IMG/VR virus record: IMGVR_UViG_3300045993_000204
Location: 1 to 58,104 of that record
DNA: 58,104 nt
Direction: 5' to 3' (one strand)
Source of the DNA: a virus
Taxonomy: Duplodnaviria > Caudoviricetes
Part shown: positions 25,817-36,046 of the stretch, piece after piece
Layout of the letters: the number at the start of each line of letters is the position of its first letter
Position numbering within the stretch: the stretch's first letter is position 1
Program-made: the position numbers and the translations under genes
The notes under the pieces: model-generated
Told to the model about the DNA's origin: nothing
Databases searched by the model: none
What the model saw: the letters and a program-made list of their open reading frames with translations, nothing else

Positions 25817-27388
25817 ATGGGCGCCAGTCTCTCCCCGCGAGTGCTGAAGGAGCTCATCCAGGAAGAGCAGTCACGTCGTAGGGCTGAGAACTCTCTCTAC
25901 GAGTTTGTTAAACAGGCTTGGTCCGTAGTTGAGCCCGGCGTGCCATTCATCCCCAGCTGGCACATAGAGGTTATTTGTGAGCACCTTGAGGCTATCACCC
26001 ATGGCACGCTGCGCAAGCTGCTAATCAACATTCCCCCACGCCATACCAAGTCGCTCATAGTGTCAGTGCTATGGCCTATGTGGGAGTGGCTGTCTGCCCC
26101 AAACCAGAAGTTCTTGTGTGCATCGTACTCTAGTACACTGTCCATACGAGACAACCTCAAAGCCCGCAGATTAATACAGTCGCCATGGTACCAAAAGCGC
26201 TGGGGCCACCTCTTTGCGTTTGCTGGCGATCAAAACGCCAAGCAACGGTTTGAGAACGACAAGACAGGGTACCGGATCGCAACTAGCGTGGGTGGCACGG
26301 CAACTGGTGAAGGCGGGTCTCGACTTATTCTTGACGACCCCCACGGTGCCCAAGATGCGCAGTCCGAAGCCCTGCGCGAAAGTGCCTTGGAGTGGTTTGA
26401 CGGTGTGTGGTCCACCCGTCTAAACAACCCCAAGACTAATGCTATGGTCGTGGTTATGCAGAGGCTCCACGACAAGGATGTGAGCGGCCACATCCTACAT
26501 GACATCGGCGGTTGGGAACATATCTGTGTCCCCGCCGAGTGGGATGGCATCCACCGTAAAACTTCTTTGGGCCCATACGACCCCCGCACAAAGAAGGGCG
26601 AGCTGATTTGCCCTGAGCGCTTTGGGCCCAAGGAACTAGCATCTTTAAAGCAACTGCTAGGCGAGTACGGTTCAAGCGGCCAGCTCCAGCAAGATCCTGT
26701 CCCCGTCGGTGGAGGTCTAATCAAGACAGAGTATTTCCGCATATGGCCCGTTGCAGAAGGCCTACCTGCTTTTGAGTATATCCTCCAGTCCTATGACTGT
26801 GCGTTTACCGAGAAGACAACTGGCGACCCAACAGCCTGTTCTGTCTGGGCCGTGTTCACCTATAAAGGCGAGCGCATGGTCATGCTAATAGACGCATGGG
26901 ACGCGCACCTGTCGTACCCAGACCTAAGAGCCCGGGCAGTTAGGGACTGGTCCATAGAGTACGGCACTGCAAGCAAGGCATCTCCACACATTCGCCCCAA
27001 GCGTCCAGATCGTATTCTAGTTGAAGCAAAAGCCTCAGGACAGTCCCTTCTCCAAGATCTACGCCTTGCGCGCGTGCCTGCTGTTGCCTACAACCCAGGG
27101 AATGCGGACAAGGTCAGCCGTGCACACCAGGCTGCCCCCACCCTGGAGCTGGGCAAGCTATGGATACCAGAGTCTGCTAAGAACCCCGGGCAGAAAGTTA
27201 GTTGGTCACAGGAATTTGTCAAGCAGTTGACTAAGTTTCCCGTAGCAACGCATGACGATTATGTCGACACGTGGTCCCAGGCAATTATCTTCCTCAAAAA
27301 CGACGGCTGGTTTGAGCTCCCACGTGCTAAAGAGCACGACGAGGTCAAGAAGCCCTACAAAGACAGAGTTAACCCCTACGGAGTATAA
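25817..27388 (+). CDS. terL: Terminase large subunit
   Basis: INIPPRHTKS, TGEGG..LILDDPH, MQRLH, QSYD, VEAKASG, HDDYVD. Confidence 0.95.
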   Translation: MGASLSPRVLKELIQEEQSRRRAENSLYEFVKQAWSVVEPGVPFIPSWHIEVICEHLEAITHGTLRKLLINIPPRHTKSLIVSVLWPMWEWLSAPNQKFLCASYSSTLSIRDNLKARRLIQSPWYQKRWGHLFAFAGDQNAKQRFENDKTGYRIATSVGGTATGEGGSRLILDDPHGAQDAQSEALRESALEWFDGVWSTRLNNPKTNAMVVVMQRLHDKDVSGHILHDIGGWEHICVPAEWDGIHRKTSLGPYDPRTKKGELICPERFGPKELASLKQLLGEYGSSGQLQQDPVPVGGGLIKTEYFRIWPVAEGLPAFEYILQSYDCAFTEKTTGDPTACSVWAVFTYKGERMVMLIDAWDAHLSYPDLRARAVRDWSIEYGTASKASPHIRPKRPDRILVEAKASGQSLLQDLRLARVPAVAYNPGNADKVSRAHQAAPTLELGKLWIPESAKNPGQKVSWSQEFVKQLTKFPVATHDDYVDTWSQAIIFLKNDGWFELPRAKEHDEVKKPYKDRVNPYGV

Positions 27389-27389
27389 C

Positions 27390-29384
27390 ATGGCAGACCG
27401 TATTAGTGCAACAGAACCAGAATCCCCGTGGGCTGCAAGCATGGCTGGCTGGCTAAAGCAAGCTGATGACTGGGCAAGAGAGAATAACCCACCAGTGCAG
27501 ATGCTGAGTGACCTTGCTGGCATCCCCGCCATTACAAAGACCTTAGAACGCAAAGGATACGGTGAGCCCCTAACAAGCGGCAAGGGTATGACCAGGAAGA
27601 TGAAGCCTGATACCGAGGAGGCAATACTAGGTGCACTGAACTTTGCACCTGCTGTTGGTCCAGCAGCTAAGCTAACAGAGAAGTACGGTGTACCTGCTGC
27701 TCAGGCTATGGCTCGTAACGCTATGATACCTAGCACGCTGAGCAAGGAAGCTGGCGTTATTAAAGTGCCTGGTGGCAACTGGCTCAGTGGGTCAGTGGAG
27801 GATTCGCTGAAGGGGCTGAAGACTTCTGGACCTATTCCCAGAATTGCGCCAGGTCGTTACGAGCGACCTATGCCAGATAAGGCTATTGATGACTGGATCG
27901 ACAAGAAGCTCGCCAGCTACGTCAAGAACGACATGGCCACTGAGCGCGACCCAATTCGTCTGGCAGCAGATGCTTGGCCTAAGAAGAAGGGCGAGCAGAC
28001 GTCAGTGATAGAAGCTCGGTTGGACAAAGCAAAGGCTGACATGGAGACCGCCAGACAAGCTCGTGGTTTTACCCCAGAGATGATGACCAGCTCGCAGGCA
28101 CGGATCCGCGCGATTGAGAAAGACAAGGACTTACTGAACTTACAAGAAGGGCTGCATGGTGTGCCTGACAGGTACGCCATGTCTAGAGGCCAGGAACAGC
28201 GTGTAGCTGCAGGGTTCCCAGTCGAAGGTTCCGGGGTAGGTCCAGAAGCTAAGCGCTGGGAAAATCAGTCAGACATATCGATAGGAACACTCCCAGCTGA
28301 GCAGTACCAAAAGACGGTAGGGCCAAGCTGGGAAGCAAACAAGTGGCTTGACAAAGTTGATCCAAGTACACCAGTACATCGAGCCTCGGGCACTGCTCGT
28401 GGGTTTAATTCAGATACTGGCTTCGACCACCTCATCGACGAACTCCGTAATGCTACTAACGCTGAGTCAGGTCTCCCCAAGCATCTGTTGCTTGATCCCA
28501 AAGACTTAGGCAAGGTGGCAGTGCCACAGGCTGTGGAGCGAGTAGCTCAGATCAACGCCTGGAGGCAAGCGCAGAAGATTGAAGCCAACCAGATGCTCGC
28601 TAACAACGCCGCTACTGTCCTCCACAAAGAGTACCCAGAGAAGGGCATGAAGTGGGTGGAGTTGAAGAAAAATGACCAGATTCCTGAGGGCGCAGTAACT
28701 TTTGACCGTCGTGGGTACTACGGCGGAGACGTTGGGCCTGTGTCAAAAGCCGACGCAGAGCGCCATGCAAAGATGGCAACTCTCAAAGACGCCCTCAAGT
28801 ACGAAGGCGACACTATGAAGCACTGCGTGGGTGGGTACTGCGATAAAGTCGCCGACGGATCTACTCGTATCTTCTCCCTGCGTGACACCAAGACAGGTCA
28901 GCCCCATGTGACAATTGAAACTGTGCCGCTAACTGAGAACAAAGCTATACAGAACTTGAAAGCTGAGTTTGGAGATAACTGGGAAGACTACGCAGATCCA
29001 AGGCTACTTGCTGCAAACGAAAAGTCGGGGGCGCGCATCCTCCAAATCAAAGGTAAAGGCAACAAGAAGCCCAATGACGAGTACCTGCCCTTCGTACAGG
29101 ACTTCGTAAAGTCACAGAAGTGGAGCGATGTGGGGGACTTACAGAATACTGGGTTGCTGCACCGCAAGACGCTCACCTCAGCAGAGCAGGCGGGGCTTGC
29201 CCCAGAGCAGAACTACTTGACAATGGAAGAGATCCAAGAACTACGTAAAGGCAAACCCTGGGTACCCATCGATACGGATCCCGAGTTTGCCAAAGGAGGC
29301 CTAGTTTCTACGCATGACTACAACCCAGAGCACGTGGCAACATTAGCTTCAGCGCTTGCAAAAGATTTAGCGTTGTCGTATTAA
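27390..29384 (+). CDS. 664-aa protein with a C-terminal PcfJ-like domain; probable internal virion protein
   Basis: ATG 27390 after the terL stop; EGDTMKHCVGGY...IFSLRD...HVTIE...QIKGKGN; FAKGGLV near the C-terminus. Confidence 0.65.
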   Translation: MADRISATEPESPWAASMAGWLKQADDWARENNPPVQMLSDLAGIPAITKTLERKGYGEPLTSGKGMTRKMKPDTEEAILGALNFAPAVGPAAKLTEKYGVPAAQAMARNAMIPSTLSKEAGVIKVPGGNWLSGSVEDSLKGLKTSGPIPRIAPGRYERPMPDKAIDDWIDKKLASYVKNDMATERDPIRLAADAWPKKKGEQTSVIEARLDKAKADMETARQARGFTPEMMTSSQARIRAIEKDKDLLNLQEGLHGVPDRYAMSRGQEQRVAAGFPVEGSGVGPEAKRWENQSDISIGTLPAEQYQKTVGPSWEANKWLDKVDPSTPVHRASGTARGFNSDTGFDHLIDELRNATNAESGLPKHLLLDPKDLGKVAVPQAVERVAQINAWRQAQKIEANQMLANNAATVLHKEYPEKGMKWVELKKNDQIPEGAVTFDRRGYYGGDVGPVSKADAERHAKMATLKDALKYEGDTMKHCVGGYCDKVADGSTRIFSLRDTKTGQPHVTIETVPLTENKAIQNLKAEFGDNWEDYADPRLLAANEKSGARILQIKGKGNKKPNDEYLPFVQDFVKSQKWSDVGDLQNTGLLHRKTLTSAEQAGLAPEQNYLTMEEIQELRKGKPWVPIDTDPEFAKGGLVSTHDYNPEHVATLASALAKDLALSY

Positions 29385-29547
29385 ACTGCGCTATAATTTT
29401 AAATGTAAAGCTTCAACTGACTGTTACGGAGTCGCGTTATGCTGGCCGCTAGAATCCATCTCATTATTCAACTTCTGTGCATAGAGCTGCTGACCTCTGA
29501 CGGCTGCATCTTCTTTGTACTGATGCAGGTCACAGTAGGAGTACTTT

Positions 29548-29781
29548 ATGGCATCGCCCAAAGACAAGTTCGAAACAGACGCAGAGCGCATGAAGTCTCG
29601 CGGATTCGCTGGGTACCTCAAAGACCGTATTACCGGTTCAGCTGACTTCTCCAAAGCTGCCTCCTTGTCCAAGCCCGCCAGGGCTAAGTTAACAGGCGAA
29701 GATTCAGATCTAGACCCTGAAGTCCGAGCCAATCTCAAAAAAGGCGGACGCGTGTCTGTCCCCAAGAAGTCTACTTGGTAA
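29548..29781 (+). CDS. Small basic protein with an LKKGGRV motif
   Basis: aggag RBS; lies just before the portal gene. Confidence 0.65.
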   Translation: MASPKDKFETDAERMKSRGFAGYLKDRITGSADFSKAASLSKPARAKLTGEDSDLDPEVRANLKKGGRVSVPKKSTW

Positions 29782-29785
29782 GCCC

Positions 29786-32323
29786 ATGGCTACAAAGCAG
29801 CTCCCGCCTGAAGAGGACGAAGAGGAAGGTTTGCCTGAGGAAAAAGGCGAGCCGATTAGTCTAGAAGACGTTGACAATGACGTTGAAGACACCGAGGATG
29901 GCGGTGCAATTGTTAGTCTTGTGGCTAACCGCAAAGACGAGAAAGCTAAGGCTGCGCACTTTGCCAATATTGTAGACGAAGTTGACCAAACTGATCTAGA
30001 CGATTACGTCTCTGAGCTCCTAGACAAAATTGGTAAAGACAAAGACGCCCGCGAAAAACGAGACAAGCAGTACGAAGAAGGTCTCCGTCGTACAGGCCTA
30101 GGTGACGACGCACCAGGCGGCGCGCAATTTTCAGGTAGCACCAAAGTAGTTCACCCCATGCTAGTAGAAGCATGCGTGGACTTCAGTGCCAGAGTCTTGA
30201 AAGAGATCTTCCCGCCAAGCGGACCTGTTAAATCTAAAATCCAAGGCAAGCAAAATAATGTCAAGCTAGCAAAAGCCCAGCGTAAAGCTGACTTCATGAA
30301 CTGGCAGACCACAGAGCAAATGCCTGAGTTCAGAGGTGAGCTGGAGCAGCTTAGCACGCAGCTCCCACTAGGCGGTGGGCAATACTTGAAGCTTTTATGG
30401 AATGCAGAGCAACAAAGACCTGCAGCTGAGTTCATTGGAATTGATGACATTCTCATTCCCTTTGCTGCTACTAACTTCTACACAGCTGAACGCAAGACGC
30501 ATGTCCAGTACTTGACTGCTGCAACCTTTGAGCGCAGGGTTTCATCTGGAATGTACATTGACATTTCACTTGGAGCTCCAAGTGATCCTGAGCGTTCCCG
30601 TACAAGCAAAGCCAATGACAAGATCGAGGGCCGTGTAGATACTGCGTACAACGAGGACGGTCTTCGCACAGTACTAGAAGTCTACACCCACCTGGATTTT
30701 GGTGATGGGCTTGCGCCGTACATTATTACTATTGACAAGAGCAGCCAGCAAGCGGTTAGTCTCTATCGTAACTGGGAACCTAAAGACGAGCTGCGCCGTG
30801 AGCTAGAATGGATCGTTGAGTTTGCGTTCATACCCTGGCGCGGCGCGTACCCTATTGGCCTGACTCACATGATAGGTGGGCTGTCCGGAGCTGCCACAGG
30901 GGCATTGCGCGCATTACTTGATTCTGCGCATATCCAAAATATCCCCACCATGTTGAAGCTCAAGGGCGGACCTGGAGGGCAAACACTCAACCTCCAGCCT
31001 ACAGAAGTCCTTGAGATTGAGGGTGGGGCAATGATAGACGACATTCGCAAGATTGCAATGCCTGTCCCCTTCAATCAGCCGAGCCCAGTACTTTTCCAGT
31101 TACTTGGCTTCTTAGTAGACGCAGGCAAAGGCGTAGTCCAAACTAGCTTTGAGAAGCTGTCAGACCAGAATCCTAATGCCCCTGTAGGCACAACGCTTGC
31201 GCTAATTGAGCAAGGCATGGTAGTGTTCAGTAGCATCCATAGTAGGATGCACAATTCGATGAGCCGGGTATTCAAGGTGCTCCATCGTATTAACAGTGCT
31301 TACTTGACAGTAGAAGACGCTAAAGCCAATGCTGCAGGGCTGCCAATCAATCCTGCGGACTTTGATGGCCCAATGGACGTAGTTCCGGTTTCGGATCCAG
31401 CTATCTTCAGTGACACCCAGCGTTTTGCGCAAGTGACTGCCCTGCAGCAACGCGCGGCCTTACTACCTGGTATGTATGACCAGCGCAAGGTCGAAGAGCT
31501 CTTCTTGCGTAATATGAAGATTGACGCAGAGGGCGTGCTCCAGTTGAAACCAGGTTCTGAGGACATGGACCCTGTGTCTGAGAATGTTGCTGCAACTATG
31601 GGCCGACCTGTGTATGTCTTGCCTAAGCAAGACCATGTGGCGCACTTGAAAACACACATGGCGTTCTTGCAGTCTCCGTTGTTTGGCAAGAACCCTGCCA
31701 TCATAAAGACTTTCCTGTACCCAATATCGGTACACTTGCGTGATCACCTGCTCAACTACTATATGGTTGAGGCGCATGAGGCGCTGGAGCAAGCGGAGAA
31801 GCAAGAGCTCATCCAGGCTGAGTCTATTGAGCAAGTGCCTGTCATATTGCAAGTGCAGCAGTTCATTGAGAAGCAGCTTGGTGGACTTGCCCAAGAGCTT
31901 GCTAAAATTGACCAAGCAGCTCAGCAGTTCAAACCACAACCGCAGACACCACCTGATTCAAGCATGCAGGTTGCACAGCTTGCAGCAAAAGTCCAGTCTG
32001 AGACTAGTGCCCAGCGTACGCAGCTTGAACAAGCTAAACTCCAGTCCGGCCAGCAGCACAATGCTGAGAAGCTTAAGCTTGAGGCTGCTAAGCTTCAAAT
32101 ACAACAGCAGAAGCTCCAGGCTGACCCGCAGGCACGTCTTGCTGAAGTGCAGTTGCGCGAGCAGGGCCAGGACCAGCGCAGCCAGCTTGAGACACAGGCT
32201 CGGTTGGACATGAACGAGGCCGACAATCAAACTGCCATGCATATTGCAGCGGCTGAGATTGCCACAGGCGACAAGATCGGTCTAAGCACCGGTACAGGTA
32301 TCAATCCCAACCCTAACCAGTAA
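29786..32323 (+). CDS. Portal protein (P22 gp1-like, long C-terminal coiled coil)
   Basis: 845 aa after terL; VVHPML.EA...F, NAPVGTTLALIEQG, Q-rich tail. Confidence 0.85.
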   Translation: MATKQLPPEEDEEEGLPEEKGEPISLEDVDNDVEDTEDGGAIVSLVANRKDEKAKAAHFANIVDEVDQTDLDDYVSELLDKIGKDKDAREKRDKQYEEGLRRTGLGDDAPGGAQFSGSTKVVHPMLVEACVDFSARVLKEIFPPSGPVKSKIQGKQNNVKLAKAQRKADFMNWQTTEQMPEFRGELEQLSTQLPLGGGQYLKLLWNAEQQRPAAEFIGIDDILIPFAATNFYTAERKTHVQYLTAATFERRVSSGMYIDISLGAPSDPERSRTSKANDKIEGRVDTAYNEDGLRTVLEVYTHLDFGDGLAPYIITIDKSSQQAVSLYRNWEPKDELRRELEWIVEFAFIPWRGAYPIGLTHMIGGLSGAATGALRALLDSAHIQNIPTMLKLKGGPGGQTLNLQPTEVLEIEGGAMIDDIRKIAMPVPFNQPSPVLFQLLGFLVDAGKGVVQTSFEKLSDQNPNAPVGTTLALIEQGMVVFSSIHSRMHNSMSRVFKVLHRINSAYLTVEDAKANAAGLPINPADFDGPMDVVPVSDPAIFSDTQRFAQVTALQQRAALLPGMYDQRKVEELFLRNMKIDAEGVLQLKPGSEDMDPVSENVAATMGRPVYVLPKQDHVAHLKTHMAFLQSPLFGKNPAIIKTFLYPISVHLRDHLLNYYMVEAHEALEQAEKQELIQAESIEQVPVILQVQQFIEKQLGGLAQELAKIDQAAQQFKPQPQTPPDSSMQVAQLAAKVQSETSAQRTQLEQAKLQSGQQHNAEKLKLEAAKLQIQQQKLQADPQARLAEVQLREQGQDQRSQLETQARLDMNEADNQTAMHIAAAEIATGDKIGLSTGTGINPNPNQ

Positions 32324-32333
32324 GGAGCTTCTC

Positions 32334-32444
32334 ATGGCTACAACCACTCCCCCCGCAGGCCCCATCAATCAGCACAAAGCAATGGCTATGGGCAAGACCC
32401 CCAACCAGCCCATTCCTAATCCAGGACCAAAGACACCCGCATGA
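32334..32444 (+). CDS. 36-aa peptide (QHKAMAMG)
   Basis: taaggag RBS; ATGA coupling to the next gene. Confidence 0.55.
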   Translation: MATTTPPAGPINQHKAMAMGKTPNQPIPNPGPKTPA

Positions 32445-32653
32445 GTGGGGGCTTTGAGCAGCTGCTCAACCGTCTAAAGGCTGAGCAAGCAAGCTACGCG
32501 CTAGAAGCACTACGTAAGCCCGGTACAAAGACCGAATTTGAGTTTGGTCACCGCTGTGGCTACTTAGTAGGGCTGGACAAAGCAATTGACATCTTGCTAA
32601 AGGCGCTTGACGAAGAGCGCCATGGCGAAAGAGATCTAGACGCAAGACTGTAA
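32441..32653 (+). CDS. Small conserved head-region protein
   Basis: FEFG...G...GL..AI pattern between portal and groES. Confidence 0.65.
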   Translation: MSGGFEQLLNRLKAEQASYALEALRKPGTKTEFEFGHRCGYLVGLDKAIDILLKALDEERHGERDLDARL

Positions 32654-32703
32654 CGAGTCTGCGTGGACAAGTTCCACAACCCACCTGCTGAAAGGAGCAG
32701 TAA

Positions 32704-33099
32704 ATGAGCGACGCCCTAACCGAGGCATTCCCACAGGCCAACCCAGGCATCGAGCCTTATGGTAGCCGAGTCCTAGTCCAAATCCGAACCCCCAAGTCTC
32801 GCACCGCTTCAGGCATCATCCTGGACAGTGGTACCAAAGACACCGAACGCTGGAATACGCAAGTGGGTAAGGTCATCTCAGTTGGCCCGCTGGCCTTCAA
32901 GAACCGTAACACGCAGGCGTCCTGGCCTGAAGGCTCATGGGCAGCGCCCGGCGACTACGTCCGTGTGGCCAAGTATGGTGGAGACAGATGGAACGTCCAG
33001 CTACCCAATGGCGAGGACGCGCTCTTTGTCATCTTCAATGATCTTGACCTCATTGGCAAGGTCACCGGGGATCCATTAGCTATCCGTGCTTTTATCTAA
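32704..33099 (+). CDS. groES: Co-chaperonin GroES-like protein
   Basis: PYGSRVLV, TASGIIL, GKVISVGP, GDYV...KYGG, IFNDLDLIG. Confidence 0.88.
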   Translation: MSDALTEAFPQANPGIEPYGSRVLVQIRTPKSRTASGIILDSGTKDTERWNTQVGKVISVGPLAFKNRNTQASWPEGSWAAPGDYVRVAKYGGDRWNVQLPNGEDALFVIFNDLDLIGKVTGDPLAIRAFI

Positions 33100-33111
33100 A
33101 GGAGCTGAATC

Positions 33112-34098
33112 ATGGCTGATACCTTGAAAGAAGATGACGAGAAGTTGTCACGGGACGAGTATGTTGTTGTTGAAGACCCAAAGAAACTGAGCGCGGTAGA
33201 CGATGACGACGACGACATCGACCCAGATAATCCAGATGGGGAGACTGGTGATGCCCGTATTGCGCATACTTCAGATGAAGATCGTGATGCCATCCGTGAG
33301 CGCCGCAGAGCTGAGAAGCTTGAGCGTAAGCAGCGTCGCGATGTTGCCATTGTACGTGATAAGACTGAGCTTGCTTTTTTAACCAAGCGTAATGATGAGC
33401 TTGAGCGCAGGCTGCTAGCGCAAGAACAACGGGCGCATCAGAGCGACGTCAACAGCCTAGCTTATCAAGCTCAGCAAGCACAGGCACAAGCTGAGCAGGC
33501 CGAGCGTGTCATTGCTAAGGCAGTTGAGGCGGGCAATGGCGATGACGTAGCCCAGGCACTCCGGTACCGTGACCAGGCAATGCAGCGGGCTCAGCAATTG
33601 CTTACTGCCCAGCAACAAACAGCTGCAAGTCCGCCTGTCCAGCAAGTGCCTGCTACAGCTGCTAAAGTGGTTGAGCTTGCCAACAAGTTCATTGATGATA
33701 ATAAAGATTGGTACGATAGGCAAGGTCGGAACGAAGACTCAGCTATTGTATTAGCAATTGACGCAGCACTTGTGCGTGATGGGTACGCCCCACATACAGA
33801 GGAATACTGGGCAGAGCTTAATAAACGTGTGGCGCGGCGCCTGCCTGAGCACTTCACAAAAACAACGCGGCGTGATGACCATGGCGAAGAACCACCTGAG
33901 CGTGTGTCGCGCGGCGGTCCAAATATGGGATCAGGTAAAGAGCATGCACCAGTAAGCACTCGCAAGGAAGTTTATATTAGCCCAGAGCGCAAATCCGCTT
34001 TGATGGAGGCAGGCGTTTGGGACGATCCGGTGCTGAGAAACAAGTACGTAAAAAGGTATATACAGTACGATAAAGATGCTAGGGAGAACCGGTCGTGA
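33112..34098 (+). CDS. Probable capsid scaffolding protein
   Basis: Acidic N-terminus and coiled coils; lies between portal and capsid genes. Confidence 0.7.
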   Translation: MADTLKEDDEKLSRDEYVVVEDPKKLSAVDDDDDDIDPDNPDGETGDARIAHTSDEDRDAIRERRRAEKLERKQRRDVAIVRDKTELAFLTKRNDELERRLLAQEQRAHQSDVNSLAYQAQQAQAQAEQAERVIAKAVEAGNGDDVAQALRYRDQAMQRAQQLLTAQQQTAASPPVQQVPATAAKVVELANKFIDDNKDWYDRQGRNEDSAIVLAIDAALVRDGYAPHTEEYWAELNKRVARRLPEHFTKTTRRDDHGEEPPERVSRGGPNMGSGKEHAPVSTRKEVYISPERKSALMEAGVWDDPVLRNKYVKRYIQYDKDARENRS

Positions 34099-34829
34099 CT
34101 TTTTACACCTATATCCACACACGTGCGTCCGACAATAAGCCTTTCTATGTCGGAAAAGGCCGTGGTAAACGGGCGTACTCGGCAGCTGGTCGAAACACGC
34201 ATTGGCACCGCGTAGTAGCTAAGCATGGGTTAAAGGTCGACATTGCTTCGCGCTGGCCAACCGAAGTTGAAGCTTTTGAGCATGAAAAGTTTTTGATATT
34301 ATGCTTAAAAGATATGAAGATGCTGCTAGTTAACCAAACTAACGGCGGCGAAGGCCGCGCAGGGTGGGTGCCTGACGAGTTGTTTAGAAACATGGTTTCG
34401 CGTGTTCATGCTGGTAAGGCCATATCTGATGAGACCAAAGCCAAAATGAGCGCGTCTGGCCTACTTGCTAATGCAGCCATAGAGGTCCGAGCGCGCAAAC
34501 GCGCAAGCTGGACACCAGAACGGCGCGCACTTAACGCTGCTAGGGGCAGAGAGCTTATTCACCATGCCATTCAAGCCAATGTTGGTGCGCCCAGCCACAT
34601 GCTTGGTAAAAAACAATCTGAAGAGGCTAAAGCCAAAATCAGCGCTGCGGTTTCCGGTGAAAACAATCCCATGTTTGGTAAAACTTTTTCGCACACCGAC
34701 GAGGCAAAAGCAAAGATAGCTAAGGCCAGCAAAAACAGAATCATCACTGACAAGGCTAGAGCCAGTATCAGTGCATCGGCCAAAGCCGCTTGGGCCCGGC
34801 GTAAAGCTGCACAAATAAATCGCGCGTGA
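34095..34829 (+). CDS. Free-standing GIY-YIG-like homing endonuclease with NUMOD3 repeats
   Basis: FYTYIH...FYVGKG...RA; NQTNGGEG; GKKQSEEAKAKIS and GENNPMFGK. Confidence 0.8.
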   Translation: MTFYTYIHTRASDNKPFYVGKGRGKRAYSAAGRNTHWHRVVAKHGLKVDIASRWPTEVEAFEHEKFLILCLKDMKMLLVNQTNGGEGRAGWVPDELFRNMVSRVHAGKAISDETKAKMSASGLLANAAIEVRARKRASWTPERRALNAARGRELIHHAIQANVGAPSHMLGKKQSEEAKAKISAAVSGENNPMFGKTFSHTDEAKAKIAKASKNRIITDKARASISASAKAAWARRKAAQINRA

Positions 34830-34878
34830 CGGACTTTTTGTGACATAATCAATTTAATTGCTGAAGGAGCAAATTAGT

Positions 34879-35409
34879 ATGACTGACGAACGAGTTAAGA
34901 AATCTGCTGGTGACGCCCGTGAAAGCCGTGCTGTGGAAGACCGCACGAAAACCGAGTCGCGTGAGTTGTCCGATGATGAGCGGGTTGAAATGTTTCGCCA
35001 CCAGTTTTTCCAGTCCTCTTTACCGGACTTGCCTATGATCCCGGGCTGGCACATGTGCTGGCTCACGACTACTAACCCCCGTGACTCTATCCAAACACGC
35101 ATTCGCCTCGGGTACCAGCCAGTTAAGGCTGAAGATGTACCTGGTTGGGAGTATGCAACCTTGAAAACAGGTGATTGGCAAGGTTTCATTGGGGTTAACG
35201 AGATGCTTGCGTTTAAGCTACCCATGTCCCTCTATCTCAAGTTCATGCAGGAGGCTCATCATGATGCCCCATTGCGTGAAGAGGAGAAGCTGACTGACAC
35301 AGCAGAGTTTATGGCGCAGCAAGCTTCAGCATCTAAGTCTCGGTTGATCCAAGGTGACGGTACGCAGGAACTGGTTCAGAAGCGGGAAGCTCGTTTTGAG
35401 CTGACCTGA
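34879..35409 (+). CDS. Conserved head-region protein
   Basis: aaggag RBS; PGWHMCWL...R...GYQPV. Confidence 0.7.
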   Translation: MTDERVKKSAGDARESRAVEDRTKTESRELSDDERVEMFRHQFFQSSLPDLPMIPGWHMCWLTTTNPRDSIQTRIRLGYQPVKAEDVPGWEYATLKTGDWQGFIGVNEMLAFKLPMSLYLKFMQEAHHDAPLREEEKLTDTAEFMAQQASASKSRLIQGDGTQELVQKREARFELT

Positions 35410-35439
35410 TGACCCATTCAATCCTACTAGGAGTTCCAA

Positions 35440-36033
35440 ATGTCCGCTACTAGCGCACCCTTTGGCTTCCGTCCGTCCTTCCACAACAGTGGCCAGATTC
35501 GGTCTAAAGCCTACACGATCGCCAGTACTTATGCTGCCAATATTTTCATGGGTGACCCTGTGAAACTGGTGGATGCAGGTACTATCCAGCTCGGCACCTC
35601 TGACGGTTCACGTACAGGTACAGTTGATGGCATCTTGCTGCTTGGTATTTTCCAAGGCTGTGAGTACAACGACGCCCAAGGCAAACCCACTGTGAGCAAC
35701 TTCTGGCCCACTGGCACAACCGCTACTAATATTGTAGCTTACGTGCTTGACGACCCAGAAACGCTGTTTGATGTTGAGTACCCAAACCCCTCATCTGGAA
35801 CTACTGTGCAAACAGCAGTGGGTGAAGAGTGCGACTGGACTGCAACTGCCGCTGGCGGAAGCACTTCCACTGGCCTGAGCGCCACCTATCTGACCGTAAT
35901 TCAGGCTACCTCCGGGCAGTTCCAGATCACCGGTTTCCATTCTTTCCCCAACGACAGCCTGACCGATGCTTATGTGACCGCCACCGTGCGTATCAATGAG
36001 CATCAATTTAAGGCAGCTGTCAACTCTATCTAA
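35440..36033 (+). CDS. Probable capsid decoration/minor capsid protein
   Basis: APFGFRP...IFMGDPV...GIFQGCEY...DDP; lies just before the major capsid gene. Confidence 0.65.
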   Translation: MSATSAPFGFRPSFHNSGQIRSKAYTIASTYAANIFMGDPVKLVDAGTIQLGTSDGSRTGTVDGILLLGIFQGCEYNDAQGKPTVSNFWPTGTTATNIVAYVLDDPETLFDVEYPNPSSGTTVQTAVGEECDWTATAAGGSTSTGLSATYLTVIQATSGQFQITGFHSFPNDSLTDAYVTATVRINEHQFKAAVNSI

Positions 36034-36046
36034 GGAGCACTAGACC

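Noticed and set aside
27252-27389. N-terminal extensions given by the ORF track (also 12942, 8785, 18116, 19890, 50617)
   Set aside because: They overlap upstream genes or promoters; downstream starts with RBS or stop-start coupling fit better
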